Below, piece by piece: positions 1-12,675 of a stretch of DNA of 64,000 nucleotides. This DNA comes from Glaucostegus cemiculus (Eukaryota): assembly GCA_976551045.1 (NCBI GenBank), contig CDPCPM010000026.1, positions 19,344,001 through 19,408,000 on the forward strand, in the 5' to 3' direction. Numbering within the stretch: the stretch's first letter is position 1; each line of letters opens with the position of its first letter. The notes below the pieces were generated by a model, which had not been told where the DNA came from, made no database searches, and saw nothing but the letters and a program-made list of their open reading frames with translations. Position numbers and translations under genes: made by a program.

Positions 1-598
1 GCATGTCCTGGGTGGTGACGGTCCTTAATGATGGATGCTGCCTTCTTGAGGCACTGCCTCTTGCAAGATGTCCATGATAGTGGGGCAGGTTGTGCCCGTG
101 ATGGGGCTGGCTGAGTCTACAACCCTCTGCAGCCTCTTTCCATCCTACACATTGGAGCCTCCACACCAGGCGGTGATGCAACCAGTCAGAATGCTCTCCA
201 CTGTACATTTGTAGAAATCTGCAAGAGTCTTTGGTGACATACCAAGTCTCCTCAAACATCTAACAAAGTAGAACTGCTGGCATGCCTTCTTTGTGATTGC
301 ATCAATGTACTGGGCCCAAGATAGATCTTTGAGATGTTATTGCCTAGGGACTCAAAGCTGCTCACCTTTCCACCACTGGCCCCTCTGAGGACTGGTGTGT
401 GTTCTCATGACTTCCCCTTCCTGAAGTCCACAATCAATTCCTTGGTCTTGCTGATGGCGAGTGCAAGGCTATTGTTGTGACACACTCAACCAGCCAATCT
501 ATCTCACTCCTGAATGCCTCTTCATCACCATCTGAAATTCTGCCAACAACAGTGGTGTCATTGGCAAATTTATAGATGGTGTTTGAGCTACACTTAGA
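1..598 (-). mobile_element. Rex1/Babar-type LINE fragment (RT C-terminal region), decayed, running off the window edge
   Basis: Minus-strand peptide TIYKFANDTTVVGRISDGDEEAFRSEIDWLV is the RT (Y/F)ADD region. It is homologous to the copy at 1357-2965. Confidence 0.85.
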
Positions 599-599
599 A

Positions 600-960
600 G
601 TAAAAGCAGGGTAGACCATTCAGACCCTCACACCTGCTGCACACTCCAATAATATCCTGTCTGATCATTTACCTCTGCACCACTCTCCCATATCCCTTGA
701 TTTTCTTAATATCCAAAAACATATCCATCTCTGCCCTGAATAGATTCAATGATTAAGTCGCCACAATGGAGAATTCCAAAGATTCACCAACATCTGGGGG
801 AACAGCTTTCTTCTCATCTCAATCTTGAATGGCTAACCTCTTATTCTGAGGCACCACAGCCAGGAGAAAAAAAAATCATCCTGCATCTACACTGTCAAAC
901 CCTAAAAGTTTTGTGTGCCTTATATTCAGTTGAACTCTCAGAAGTAGAGGCCTGGTCTGT
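600..960 (-). mobile_element. Decayed CR1-type LINE 3' end
   Basis: agcagggtagaccattcagaccctc...gagaattccaaagattcacc resembles the CR1 3' end at 20120-20400. Confidence 0.65.
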
Positions 961-1356
961 ATAATCTAGTCTGTTTAAGAAAAAAACAAGGAGCTTTCAA
1001 TTCCATCCTCCTTGAGCTGCCTTTAATTATGATGGCAAGAAAAGTGGCCAGGAAGGATGATTGGTAAAGGAAGGGATCCATTAGAGACAGTTGCAATGAT
1101 ATTATAAATTTAATGATTTCCTTGGTTGAAATTATTCAGCTGAATTGGAGTTATCCAAGTCCTGGTACAAATGAGAGCAATTCATGGGTTGATTTTTCTC
1201 TGTTTTTTCCTACCACCTGCAGAAATTTTACCTCCACCTGCAAAATGGGCATTTTAAAAGTAGGACGATTTTGGATTCCAATCCAAGTGGAACAGCATGA
1301 CCGGAGTTGATGAAAGTGCTTTTACTTTCTGAAATTTTCCATTGGAAAATGAAAAT

Positions 1357-2965
1357 GGACCAGCTTAAAGATGTACTGGCTGACATCTTCAACATCTCCT
1401 TACAGCAGGCTGTTGTCCCTAAGTGCCTAAAATCTGCCACCATCATACCTGTTCCCAAGAAGTCTCCTCCAAAGTGTCTGAATGACTACCGTCCCATAGC
1501 TCTAACACCGATTGTCATGAAATGCTTTGAGAGGCTAGTTATGAAGCACATTAGAGCCTCCCTCCCCCCATCCTTGGATCCTCATCAGTATGCTTATCGG
1601 GCAAACAGGTCCACCAATGATGCAGTCTCCTCTGCCATGCACTCTGCACTACATCACTTAGAGAAGAAGGACTCATACTGCTGACTGCTATTCATTGACT
1701 TCAGCTCCGCTTTCAATACCATCATCCCGCAACAGCTTCTCAGGAAGTTGAGCGCTCTGGGCATTAACACTCCTCTCTGCAACTGGATACTGGATTTTCT
1801 AACTGGCAGGCCGCAATCAGTCAAAATTGGTGAAAACACCTCAAGCACCATCACACTGAGCACTGGCTCCCCTCAGGGTTGTGTGCTCAGTCCGCTCCTG
1901 TTCACCTTGTTGACCCACGACTGTGAGGCCAGATCCAGCTCCAACCGCATTGTTAAATTTGCCGATGACACGTCATGACACGACATCACGAATGACGATG
2001 AGTCGGACTACAGAGAGGAGGTGAACCAACTAGCCATGTGGTGCCATGACAACAACCTCTCCTTGAATGTGGATAAAACCAAGGAGATGATAGTGGATTT
2101 TAGGAGGGGTCATCGTGTGCACGCCCCGCTGACCATCAACGGGTCTGCTATGGAACAAGTACGCAGCACCAAGTTCCTGGGGGTGCACATCACCGACGAC
2201 CTGACCTGGTCCACTAACATTACGGCCCTCACGAAGGCGGCTCAGAAACGCCTCTACTTCCTGCGGAGACTGAGGAAAGCGTACCCACATCCCTCAGTCA
2301 TGAAATCCTTCTACAGGGGGACCATTGAGAGCATCCTAACTCAATGTATCACTATTTGGTTTGGAAGCTGCTCAGCTGCTGGGCGGAAGTCCCTCCAGAA
2401 GATAGTTAGGGCTGCGGAGTGGATCATAGGTGTCTCGCTTCCATCCCTCGCAGACATATACAAAGACCGTTGTGTGAGGAAGACTAAAAGCATAATGGCC
2501 GACCCTTCTCACCCCTCCCACCACCTCTTCACAATTTTGCCATCAGGGAGGAGGCTTAAATGTATCAGGGCAAGAACGTCCAGGCTGAACAATAGTTTCT
2601 TTCTGCAAGCCATCAGAACTGCAAACTCACTCATCCCTCCATCTTCCTTTGTTAACACGAAGAGATGCTAGGTGTACAGAAATGCACCAGCACTTTAAAT
2701 GCCGACACCAGCCCGTTCACTTTAAGATCTATTTATTTATTTACTGGCCATTTTTAATTTAATCTGCGTAATAATTCAATTTCAATCTCCATAGCTTCTA
2801 ATGTGTAATGTTCTGTACTGTGTATTCTGCCAAGTGTGTATGTTTCTCTCTGTTGGTTGTTATGTTATTTTTTTATGGGACGAGCACCTGAGGAGGACGG
2901 TATCTCACTCCTATGCATACCATGTATGTATATGGTTGTGACAATAAAACTGATTCTGATTCTGA
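1357..2965 (+). mobile_element. 5'-truncated Rex1/Babar LINE (RT, 3' UTR, short tandem tail)
   Basis: ORFs 1307-1684, 1748-1978 and 2021-2671 share one frame, broken by two stops. Motifs: [50 protein letters not shown]. Ends AATAAAA-CTGATT-CTGATT-CTGA. Confidence 0.92.
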
Positions 2966-5344
2966 ATCATTTAAAAGACTGAAAATTAAATCCATAAACC
3001 ATTAGTTTTATACATCCTGAGCTACCAATAGAGGTCAAGTTACATTTAAAATAAACACAACCAAAAACATTAAAATATTTGAAACCAAAGCATATTTCTT
3101 TACAACATTGTAAAAAGAAATTGTAGGTTATCTTGAAAAATGTCTTTAAGTGATAAAAATTCCAACATGTTAAAGGAAAAAGCACACGTGTCATGTGAGA
3201 CACCATGAAAACTTTCAAAACACACTTTAGTATGGCTTCCTGCTGCTGAACGTTTCATCAAAAAAAAGCAAAATTAACAAAATTCATTTCATAACTCAGT
3301 GTCTAGATTTTACTGGATTTTCCCAGCAGTCCAACAAAATAACTATTAGCAGTTCTCAGTGTAAGTATTTGTAAGTTGCTGAACTACTATGTGAATGAGG
3401 TCAGCCACCAGCCTCCCAACCATCGTTCTCCATTGGACCCCACAGAATCCAGAGAGACTCCAACATTCAGTTGACTGGAGTTTGCAAGACTGTGGGGAAG
3501 AAAGCCAGGAATCCACTAAGTTCCACTTCTTAAAATTATTTGCCTTTCATTTAACATTTCTAACTAACTAAAATACTTAAGTTGAATTTTTAAAAAATTA
3601 TTTTCAATTTTTAGCTTAATTGTTCATTACACTTTTAAGAGTTATCGTATGATTCCAACTGCCAGAAAAGTTCTAAGCAATGAAAAATGTTGACTTGACA
3701 GATGGTAAAACTAAGGTGGGCTTTTTCATGTCAGAACCTTCTTGAGAAGCTTTTCCAGCAGGGTTTATTCTGGCTCACATAACCTCTACCACCATTTAGG
3801 GCTTTTCTGCAGCCCCTCTGAAGTCACCTGGGCTGACCAATCAATGTGAATCCAGACAAGGTGTTCAGAGGAATGAGGATCTCAGTTGGCAAGATCAAGT
3901 TGTGGGCCCATTCTGGGAAATCCAAACTATAATCTTACCTTTAAACAAAGGTTTATACAATGACAGGAGACATGCACTATCTAATCTAACAACTATCATG
4001 CATTACGAGCTTTAGTTCCTATTTACAGTTAATAATTCAGATCTTTCCTTACATAACATATGTTATGTTCAGTAACAAATGTTGCTCCATGTAAGTGGTC
4101 CCATGTTTTGTGCACTAGAGAAGGCTGACTGTGGTCAATTTATGCTTATGTCATAGCCTAGTTTAAAACAAAATTACTGCCATTCACATATTTAAATGAC
4201 ATCGTTCAGGACTTCTGCCCAAACGTGGTCAAACTTACTGATGGATATGGAATACCAAAGCTGTCAGTTCACCCTTCTGTTTGACTCCACATACAGTGCA
4301 GAGGCAGAGCTGTTCTCACTGAATTCCCCAGCATTTACACTAGAGAAACACTTGTTGGATCATGTACCTGGTTGGACCAGCACAAAATCCAAGACCTCAC
4401 TGATTTCAGTGGGGATTGTAGGGTTGCTGGTATCAAGTAGAAGGGACAGCAAGTTGCTTTGGTTTCATTTAATGATTTAAATATCTTATCTGTTCTAGGT
4501 TGTTCAACTAATTTTGTTTGATGTTTAAAACAATGTGAATAATTGTAATATGTTCTTAATTACTTGCTTCATTTTTAATAGTTTTTAAATGCTTCTGAAG
4601 AGAAACATTAAAAAACAACTATTAAATACCCCAATAGCGATGACAATCAGCAAAGCTGGGTTGGGCTTTGCCACCTATCGAAGTGTTCATTGGCATTTGA
4701 GGGCAGGGCTTCCCCAGAATGCCGCCGGAGGTTCTGCAGCCATTCAGGCCACGCAGCTGGAGTCCAGGATACCTCAGGGTAGCAAGGTGGGCGCTCTGCA
4801 CCTGGACCTGGTGAGTGCAGACGTGGGACAGAATGGGCAATAATTTAGACTAGTAAGATTCAACTCAAAGTTGCTTCAGTTCACAGAGAGTACAACATAT
4901 GCAGTGACAGTTTTAATTGAAATTGTTTACTTCGAATCAGTCCAATTTATTCTCAAGTAAAAAAAAATAATGGACATGCTGTATTTTCCCCCAAATCAAG
5001 AGGCCATCTGGCTTATTACAGAAATTACTCTCTTGAAATCTCCTACAACAGCCAAAGCCTGCCAGAGCAGCTGTCATACTTTGCAGCCAATGCTGTATAT
5101 GAGCTGTCAGTGAGTTTTTCCATTCAGCACTTTATTCCATCCTCTGGTCAAGACCTACTTCAGTGGCTGAAGCCTTCCCCAGTTACAGGCCTCAGACGTA
5201 CAGTAGGATTTAAAGTGATGTCAGAACAAGCTCTGTATGTCATTTGGCATCACTATACATGCCCAGCAGCTTCAATGTGTACTATATTTACAGAAGTTCT
5301 GGACTGAAAATCCAGAAGGGGTTTACCAGCGTAATCAGCATGTA

Positions 5345-5952
5345 ATTGCCAAATGTAATCAGGGTCCTTTAAAAAAATTCCACTTTGTAGCATAAAAATA
5401 CATTCAGCAGTCAATCGAATTTGTAGACATCATCTTTCCCATTTAGATCATCAGCCAGGAGGAGCGAGGTCTCAGGTTTGACAACAATTTCTGGATCTGT
5501 CCACATCTGGGGCATAATTGACTACACACATTGTTCTGCATGCTGCTGTCACAAACCTACATGGTTTATAACAAGGTTCCTTTCCTTGAAAGCTCTGCTT
5601 CTGTGTATACATGAATGCATCACTGTGTCCAGCTTCCTGGCAACAGATGAATTCTGCTGGGAAATGCAGACAGTTCATGAACAGACTGCTGCATTTTCCC
5701 AGGCCTACCAGCCCTGCTCCTCTGGCCTTTTCCATGTTGAACTCCACTGCTGGACTCCCCCATGAGCCCAGTGACAGACATGGATGATTTATGCTGGGGT
5801 ATCTGCTCTCGGATCTTGTATCAATCTTTTAACCCTAGTTTTTTCACATTATTTATTTGTGTTTTACAGATTTTTAATGTCTTTCCATGGTACTGTTGCT
5901 ACAAAACAACAAATTTCACATCACATGTCAGCAACAATAAATCTGATTCTGA
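5345..5952 (+). mobile_element. Strongly decayed Rex1/Babar-like LINE 3' fragment
   Basis: Ends in catgtcagcaacaataaatctgattctga, the same tail style as 2940-2965, with residual RT C-terminal similarity upstream. Confidence 0.55.
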
Positions 5953-7992
5953 ATTAAAGTAAGTTCGGGTGAGGGATGACATTGGGTTGGCAGTAAAGCC
6001 CAGATTGATTGGTTCATGTTATACTAATCCTAAATTCTCCTCCACACTCCCCTATCTACAATCACACAGGATTGCCCGGGGGTCATGGTGACTCCAAGAA
6101 CCATTACCATAACAAAACTATTGTTATCCTGAAATATGCTTGTGTCTGGACCACCCTCCAGCAGCCTATGGTGTTTTCCTGAGCACTCCACATGTCATTG
6201 TTTGCCATACCCTCCACGTTTCTGTTACCCACAGGCCAATCCCTGAGGAGACCACAGGAGGGTCATCAAGTGCCCAGGAATTTGTGGAAGACAATGGGAA
6301 GCACTGTTGCTGGTCATCAGCAATGCCCCTGCTAAAACGTGACCCAATGCTTACACTGACTTAATCTGAAATATCTTCAACAATGACAAAAGGCCATGTA
6401 GAAATAGCCATAAAAACAATAAAAATCAATAAACTAATAAAGAGAGAAAAGGGATTGGATTTAATTTTTATTTTAAAACTCCTAAACCTAAAGAATTGAG
6501 ACTCCCCATTTGTAATAGATAATTTTCAGTACCGGGTTAGATGACTGGGAGTATCACAAGTACAGAGGTTGAAATAAATGGACTCAACTTTGAGGCAGAT
6601 TTACTTTGCATTTGAAGTGGATGTTCCGCAACCTACTGATGGTGAGGCAAGGAGCAGGACACTGCTACAGCACAATTAACAAAGGGAAGATGCATCACCC
6701 TCAGCAACCATTTTAGGGAAGTCCAAATTAGATTCAGGTGAATGAAACCTCATAGCACGGTATAACTATAATTTATCAAAGTGAAGAAAAATACAAAGGA
6801 AGAGATCCTAAACAAGGATGAGTTCACAAAGGTGAAAATTCATGCTGATGCACATAAAGACTAGGAATGTGATGTACACCTCCAAAAAATAAAATGAAAT
6901 TAGAGACACATTTTCAAGCAACCATGTGAATACTGAAGAATTAAAACTGCATTAGACCATGGCAGTAAAATCTAAGTAGTAACTGTATTTGGCAGTTCTG
7001 CATTACTACAAGATTAATAATGTTAAAATGTGTAAAGCAACACTGCCCTCGGAGCTGGTTGGCACATTGACAGAATTTTCATTGTGCAAACAAAATGAAA
7101 GGAATTTTTCCACAACAGTCTCCTTTCAGTGGGCTTTGATCCATAAAATGATTGCCCATTGTGTCACTAAGTACTAATAATTATACAATGAGATTCATCG
7201 TTAAATACATAATTTATGATTTCAAGTGGATATATTAATTGCAACTGAAATATACATAATATATATTATGACCTGAAAAGCCAAGCAAAAGTTTTGAAAC
7301 ATAATACTTGCAGCAAGTTCCAACATAAATCTCTGAAAGAGCAACTACACTGCATGTATTAATCCAAGCATACTCATGCTTCTACAAAGCATTTGTACTC
7401 ACTTTGTGGACATTGCATTTTCCAGGAAAATATTTAAGATGTTATCTGAAGCAATTATAGGCTAATTTATGTCTAGATCCTATCACACTACTGCAATGCC
7501 ATGTCGAAGTTTGATACATTGCAAAAATATAAGATCTTAGCAATTTCTTTTGTTAAATTGATTAAAAAATAAATTAAAAGACTATTGAACAGACTGCTTT
7601 TCACTTGAGACTTTACGAACTGCACAGACTTACCATTTGATATCACTAAATACATTTATACTATTGTGGAAAAACTTCAAACTATTTTGAATCTTTGTTC
7701 TCAAGATCAAAATATCATGCCCACAAACAACCCAAACTTGAATGAGCTTAACCTCAGTTGCTGAGTTATTTAAAATATAGTTTCAGCTTCTGCTGCTCAT
7801 CTGTCACCAAATGATGGATGAGCACTTGGAGTATAATTTACTCCCAGCCAATAAAAATTCAATTACGTTCTTCTCAATTTCAGAGTATTTAACATTTGAT
7901 TCAATAAGCCACTTGTCAGATGATCCCAGAGTTCCTGTAATTTTTTTAGTGACAGTAATATATTAAAAAAGTAACAGATAATCAGACCTTAC

Positions 7993-8088
7993 CTCTCACA
8001 GTGTGTTCATTGGGACCAAAGAACAGTGGAAGCAGCAACAAATATAACAGGTAAATCAGAGACAAGGCATTGTAGCGAAAGAGGCAAG
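7993..8088 (-). CDS. PIEZO1: Internal coding exon (exon 2, 96 bp, phase 1-1) of a Piezo-type mechanosensitive ion channel, most similar to PIEZO1
   Basis: Minus strand reads ...cttctgatttccatttacag|CT TGC CTC TTT CGC TAC AAT GCC...ACT GTG AGA G|gtaagg, with canonical acceptor and donor. Translation (A)CLFRYNALSLIYLLYLLLLPLFFGPNEHTVR(G) matches the PIEZO N-terminus just before the conserved GHTG. ACLFRYNALSL and GP favour PIEZO1 over PIEZO2 (ACAFRYNGLSF...SEP), based on recalled sequences. Confidence 0.88.
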
Positions 8089-9704
8089 CTGTAAATGGAA
8101 ATCAGAAGAAGTTTTTAGATTGAAATTTCTACATGTTACTTAAACAAACTTGTTTTGCAAATAGAACATGATTCATGACAACATTAGGTTACTGTTCCCA
8201 AAATTCAATAGTCATTAGGTTAGAAGGTAAAAGATACTGAAGACAGCAATGTTCGATCTGCACTTGAGTACTGTCTTCCAGTGTTGCTCCCTCTTTCACT
8301 TCCTGCAGAGTTATCAGAAAGAATTTTTTGCTGATATCAGCTACATGGCTCATCCACTCTTGATAATACTAATACTAAACACCTGCATAAGTCTCAATCA
8401 CTAGTGGTACTCATCTCTACACATTCAGTTCCCTGGAATGATTTAAGCATTTTAGATTTCTCCCTTGGTCTATTTTCTGATTTGTTGTTAAGGGTTTCAC
8501 ATTTATGATATTATCAATTAATTTCACCCACATATAACTACTGAGGACATCAGGCAGCCATCATCAGTGTGAATCAAACTTGAAAACAGTCCCCTTCTTA
8601 GCACAAAACAATCACAGAGCAAAAAAAAAATGTTAATTTTATAACATTCAAAGGATTTCAGAATTTTATTGCAGCAGAACAGTTTACAAGAAGTTAGAAT
8701 ATCAACAAGGAGTTCAACTTTGCATTATTGCATTGACTACACAGCTCGGGATGAGAAAGAAGCAACGTGCTTACTTACACTAGAATAGTTTCCAATGTAC
8801 ATCTAGCTTATAAATCATATAAAATTCCTCCTGGCTTATCTTGAGAGTGTTTGACACATCCTTTGTTTCCAGAAAATAGCTGAGACTGATTTCTTTTCTA
8901 CTCTCTTATTCTGCATCATAAGGTAGTCTCTCCTGTAGTGAATAGAATATACCCATGAAAGATTGGTTCTCCTTTCCATTCATTTCATCTAGCACTAATG
9001 AAGAAGCACCCAACAATTACCTAATATATTCTGCATTTAGAAGAATATTCTAAACTTCAGAAACAAAATAGTTTTGGCCATCATTTCAGAAAGTCACTGC
9101 CATTTAAGATGTTTCTTAAAATAAAAAAAATCTATGCTGCCATGTCTAGCATTTAGTTGAAAGAAATTTTTTGCTCATCTAGCATGTGGAAGGGCAGAGG
9201 AAGTGGGGCTATGAGTGAGTTGGGAGCAGCGAGGAGACACACAGAAGCTGACGTTGTGCATTTTTAGATACATCAATGAGGTGACGCATGAAGTAGAGGT
9301 ATTTTGATGGTGGGGCAAAGAAGTAGCAAAGATGGCAGAGGAGAGATTTAGTAAAAAGATAATAAGATTATGCTGGTTTAGAAAGAGGAAATAGAAAGAA
9401 ACTAATCCACTTCTGGCTGGTTCATTGACAGGGAGACACTGATTTAATGTGAGGAAAAGACACGTGATGGCTGTGAAGAAAAAAAAAACAACTTTTCATG
9501 CAGAGAATAGTAATGATCTGGAATCCACCCTCTGTAGGGGCGCTGGAAGTAGAATCACACAGGGCATGCGAAATGGAATTGAATAGGCACTTGAGAGAAA
9601 ATAAATCACAGGGCAATGGAGAACACAACAAACTAAAATGCTCTGCTAAGAAAAAGAGTCAATTAGCCAAATATCTTCTTGCTGCACTCCAATGCTTCTG
9701 TAAC

Positions 9705-9980
9705 CACAGTGGTGGCTCATAGCTCCATGATTCAGATTCAATCCTGACCTGTGACATCTTTCCGTGACTACGTGGGTTTCCTCTGGGTGCTTCAGTTTCC
9801 TCCCAAATCACAATAACAGGCAGGGTGATAAGTTAATTTGCCTCTGTAAATTGGCCCTGATGTGTAATGACTGGTGGAATCTATGAGGGAGTTGATGGGA
9901 ATGTGAGTAGAATAAAATCAGTTAGGGTAGGGTTATTATAAAAATAGGTGCTTGATGTGCTGTATCTCTCTATAACTCCA
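9705..9980 (+). mobile_element. Decayed V-SINE (HE1-like, tRNA-derived)
   Basis: Contains the core gtgggtttcctctgggtgcttcagtttcctccca and a B-box-like gattcaatcc. Confidence 0.75.
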
Positions 9981-10243
9981 CAATATTAGGACAGGTCAGT
10001 GGTTGGGTGGGGTGGTGTCCAAAAGGTAATAGTCGCATGCTTTATAATGCAACAGAAATATGGAAAACTATGTCAATATACCTGGTCATTCAAATCCTAT
10101 GCATGAGACTGAATAAAGCACCATCCCCTTTTATTAATTACGACAATAAAAATGGTTGCAGTTCCTTAAGGAGCTGAGAAAAAGCCAAGTTTTCCCATAA
10201 TACTCCAACCAGTCCTCTGCTATCCCTGTTGCCAAGTTAAAGT

Positions 10244-11266
10244 GGAGGGAGTGCCCTCGGATTGGAGGGCTATGACTAGTGGTGTCACGCAGGGACTGGT
10301 TCCGGGACCCCTACTTTTTGTTATATTTATAGACGACTTAGATGAGGGGGAGGAAGGCTGGGTTAGTAAGTTTGCGGATACACTAAGATCGGCGGTGTTG
10401 TGGATAGTGTGGAGGGCTGTCGAAGCTTACAGAGGAATAGTGATAGGATGCAGAGCTGGTCAGACAAGTGGCAGATGGAGATCAATCCGAAGAAGTGTGA
10501 GGTGGTACACTCTGGAAGGACAAACTCCAAGGCAGGGTACAAGGTAAATGGCAAGGTACAAGGCAGTGTAGAGGAGCAGAGGGATCTGGAGGTTCATATC
10601 CACAGTTCACTCCAAGTTGCTTCACAGGTGGATAGGATGATTAAGACCAATGGGATAATAGCTTTCGTAAATCGTGGGATTGAGTTTAAGAGACGCGAAG
10701 TGATGATGCCGCTTTACAAAACTCTGGTTAGACCACACGTAGAGTACTGTGTTCAGTTCTGGTGGCCGCATTATAGGAAGGATGTGGAGGCGTTGGAGAG
10801 GGTGCAGAGGAGATTTATCAGGATGCTGCCTGGATTAGAGGGTATGGAATATGAGGAGAGGCTCAAGGTGCTAGGGCTTTACTCATCGGAAAGGAGGATG
10901 AGAGGAGACTTGATAGAAGTGTATAAAATATTGAGAGGAATAGAGTAGACAGCCAGTACCTCTTTCCCAGAGCACCAATGCTCAAGACAAGAGGGCATGG
11001 CTTTAAGGTTATGGGTGGGAAGTTCAGGAGAGATGTCAGAGGGAAGTTTTTCACCCAGAGTGGTTAGTGCATGGAATGCGCTGCCTGGGGTGGTGGTGGA
11101 GGCAGGTATGTTGGACAGGTTCAAGAGATTGTTGGATAGGCATATGGAGGAACGTGGGATAGAGGGATATGTGGGAGGAAAGGGTTAGATAGCGTGAGGT
11201 GTGGTTTAATGGACAGCACAACATAGTGGGCCGAAGGGCCTGTATTGTGCTGTATGGTTCTATGGT
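10244..11266 (+). mobile_element. 5'-truncated CR1-type LINE (RT C-terminus and 3' tail)
   Basis: Peptides [27 protein letters not shown] and LYKTLVRPHVEYCVQFW. Tail ...tatggttctatgg. Possible TSD TTAAAGT at 10237-10243 and 11267-11273. Confidence 0.92.
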
Positions 11267-11850
11267 TTAAAGTTGAGAATGCAGCTTTCAGTTTTTTTGT
11301 TAGTCATTTTACATTATTGTAAAATCTCCACATCCATTTTGCTATCCCTAAAATTTGCAGCATTGCAATCTCTGGAGTTGTGAGCATAATCCACACATAT
11401 TTAGAATAAAACATGGCTTGGGCATGTGAGATTTTCATAACGATAGAGCCGTGAATGGGTCAAGAGGATGAGGGTACACTGGAGCTGGGTGTCATAAGCA
11501 AACATGTGGAACTAAGTATTCTTTGATTTTCCTTCAATGTTTGTGGAGCTGAATATTCATTTTATGAGCAGACAAGCTCGATCAGATGGAAAAGCAAATC
11601 ACACATAATAAACTAAAAGTGGTGTAAATCACTGCCATGATACACAATGAAACTCACCAATCTAACAAAGAAAGTCATTGCACTTTTTATTAGCACAGTC
11701 CTGCCAAAACTGCAGGTTAAAAAAATCCATATAATAAAGAAACAATGCTGTGTGACACATAACCGGCAGGCTGCCACTTTGAATTTTGTCTATTTTTTTC
11801 TTCAAGTTTACACGAACTGATGAGGTATTAGCCTGGGAACCCAAGGAGTG

Positions 11851-12675
11851 TGTTACGAAACCAGCAACAAAAGAAGCACACCAATTCATACTTCAGTGTT
11901 AAAACTACTTTATTAATAACTACATCCGATAATACGTAAAATAAGAATAAAAAGTTAGTATATTAGTACACAATAAAATATTAGAATCTTAAACTATAAC
12001 CCCAAAACTACTCATCGCGTGTGTGTGGCAAATTCCTAAACTCCAAGTCCAGGAATTAGTTCTTAAAGTTCAGTTCAATAAGCCGTAAGATGAAACACGA
12101 ATAAAGGCTTCTTCACAAGCACCGTCCACCCGAAGACAAAACATAGATATAGAGAGAGATTAGAGAGGAATCACGAAATCCGAATGTTCCACTCGGAACT
12201 CAAACGACACTTCAGGGCTTACTCGGTAGTGACTTTCTCACCCCGAAAACTCCTGGATCATGACTGTCCATGCAAATACCTGAGTTCTTCTACAGGTTAG
12301 CAGCAAAGTGAATTCCGTCACTTTGTTCAACAGTATCTGCCACTCTGAAGAGCATCCAAAATGTGGTTGTCCACGCAAACACCTGTGTCCTTCTACAGGT
12401 TACCAACAAAGTGAACTCCACTGGACTACTCCAGAAATCCATCCACGGATTTTAGTGACAAACACAGTTACTGTCCTTCATCCATCAACAGAAACAAAAC
12501 AGGCTGCCGTCTCTCCGTCTGTCTGTCGTCTCTCTCTCTCTCCTTCTTTTTCTTTCTTGTAATGACCTCATCACGTTAGTCTTACCTTCTGTTGACGTAA
12601 TGCGTTCTTATAGGCGCACACACACAATGTCCCATCTAAAAGGGATACTTGCCTATAGTAAGCTACTTCGTAACA
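11851..12675 (-). mobile_element. Solo LTR (825 bp) with 4-bp TSD
   Basis: TG...CA ends with 9-bp inverted termini TGTTACGAA/TTCGTAACA, flanked by AGTG at 11847-11850 and 12676-12679. Minus-strand AATAAA near 11909-11914 suggests the orientation. No coding capacity. Confidence 0.82.

Larger units (their letters stand above)
1..7992 (-). other. Inferred PIEZO1 intron 2 (exon 3 not found in window)
   Basis: Starts with GTAAG at 7992-7988. No exon beginning (G)HTGR was recognised. Confidence 0.65.

Noticed and set aside
11851-12675. DNA transposon or MITE interpretation of the 9-bp inverted termini
   Set aside because: TG..CA ends, a 4-bp non-TTAA TSD and a subterminal poly(A) signal fit a solo LTR better, although a MITE is not fully excluded.
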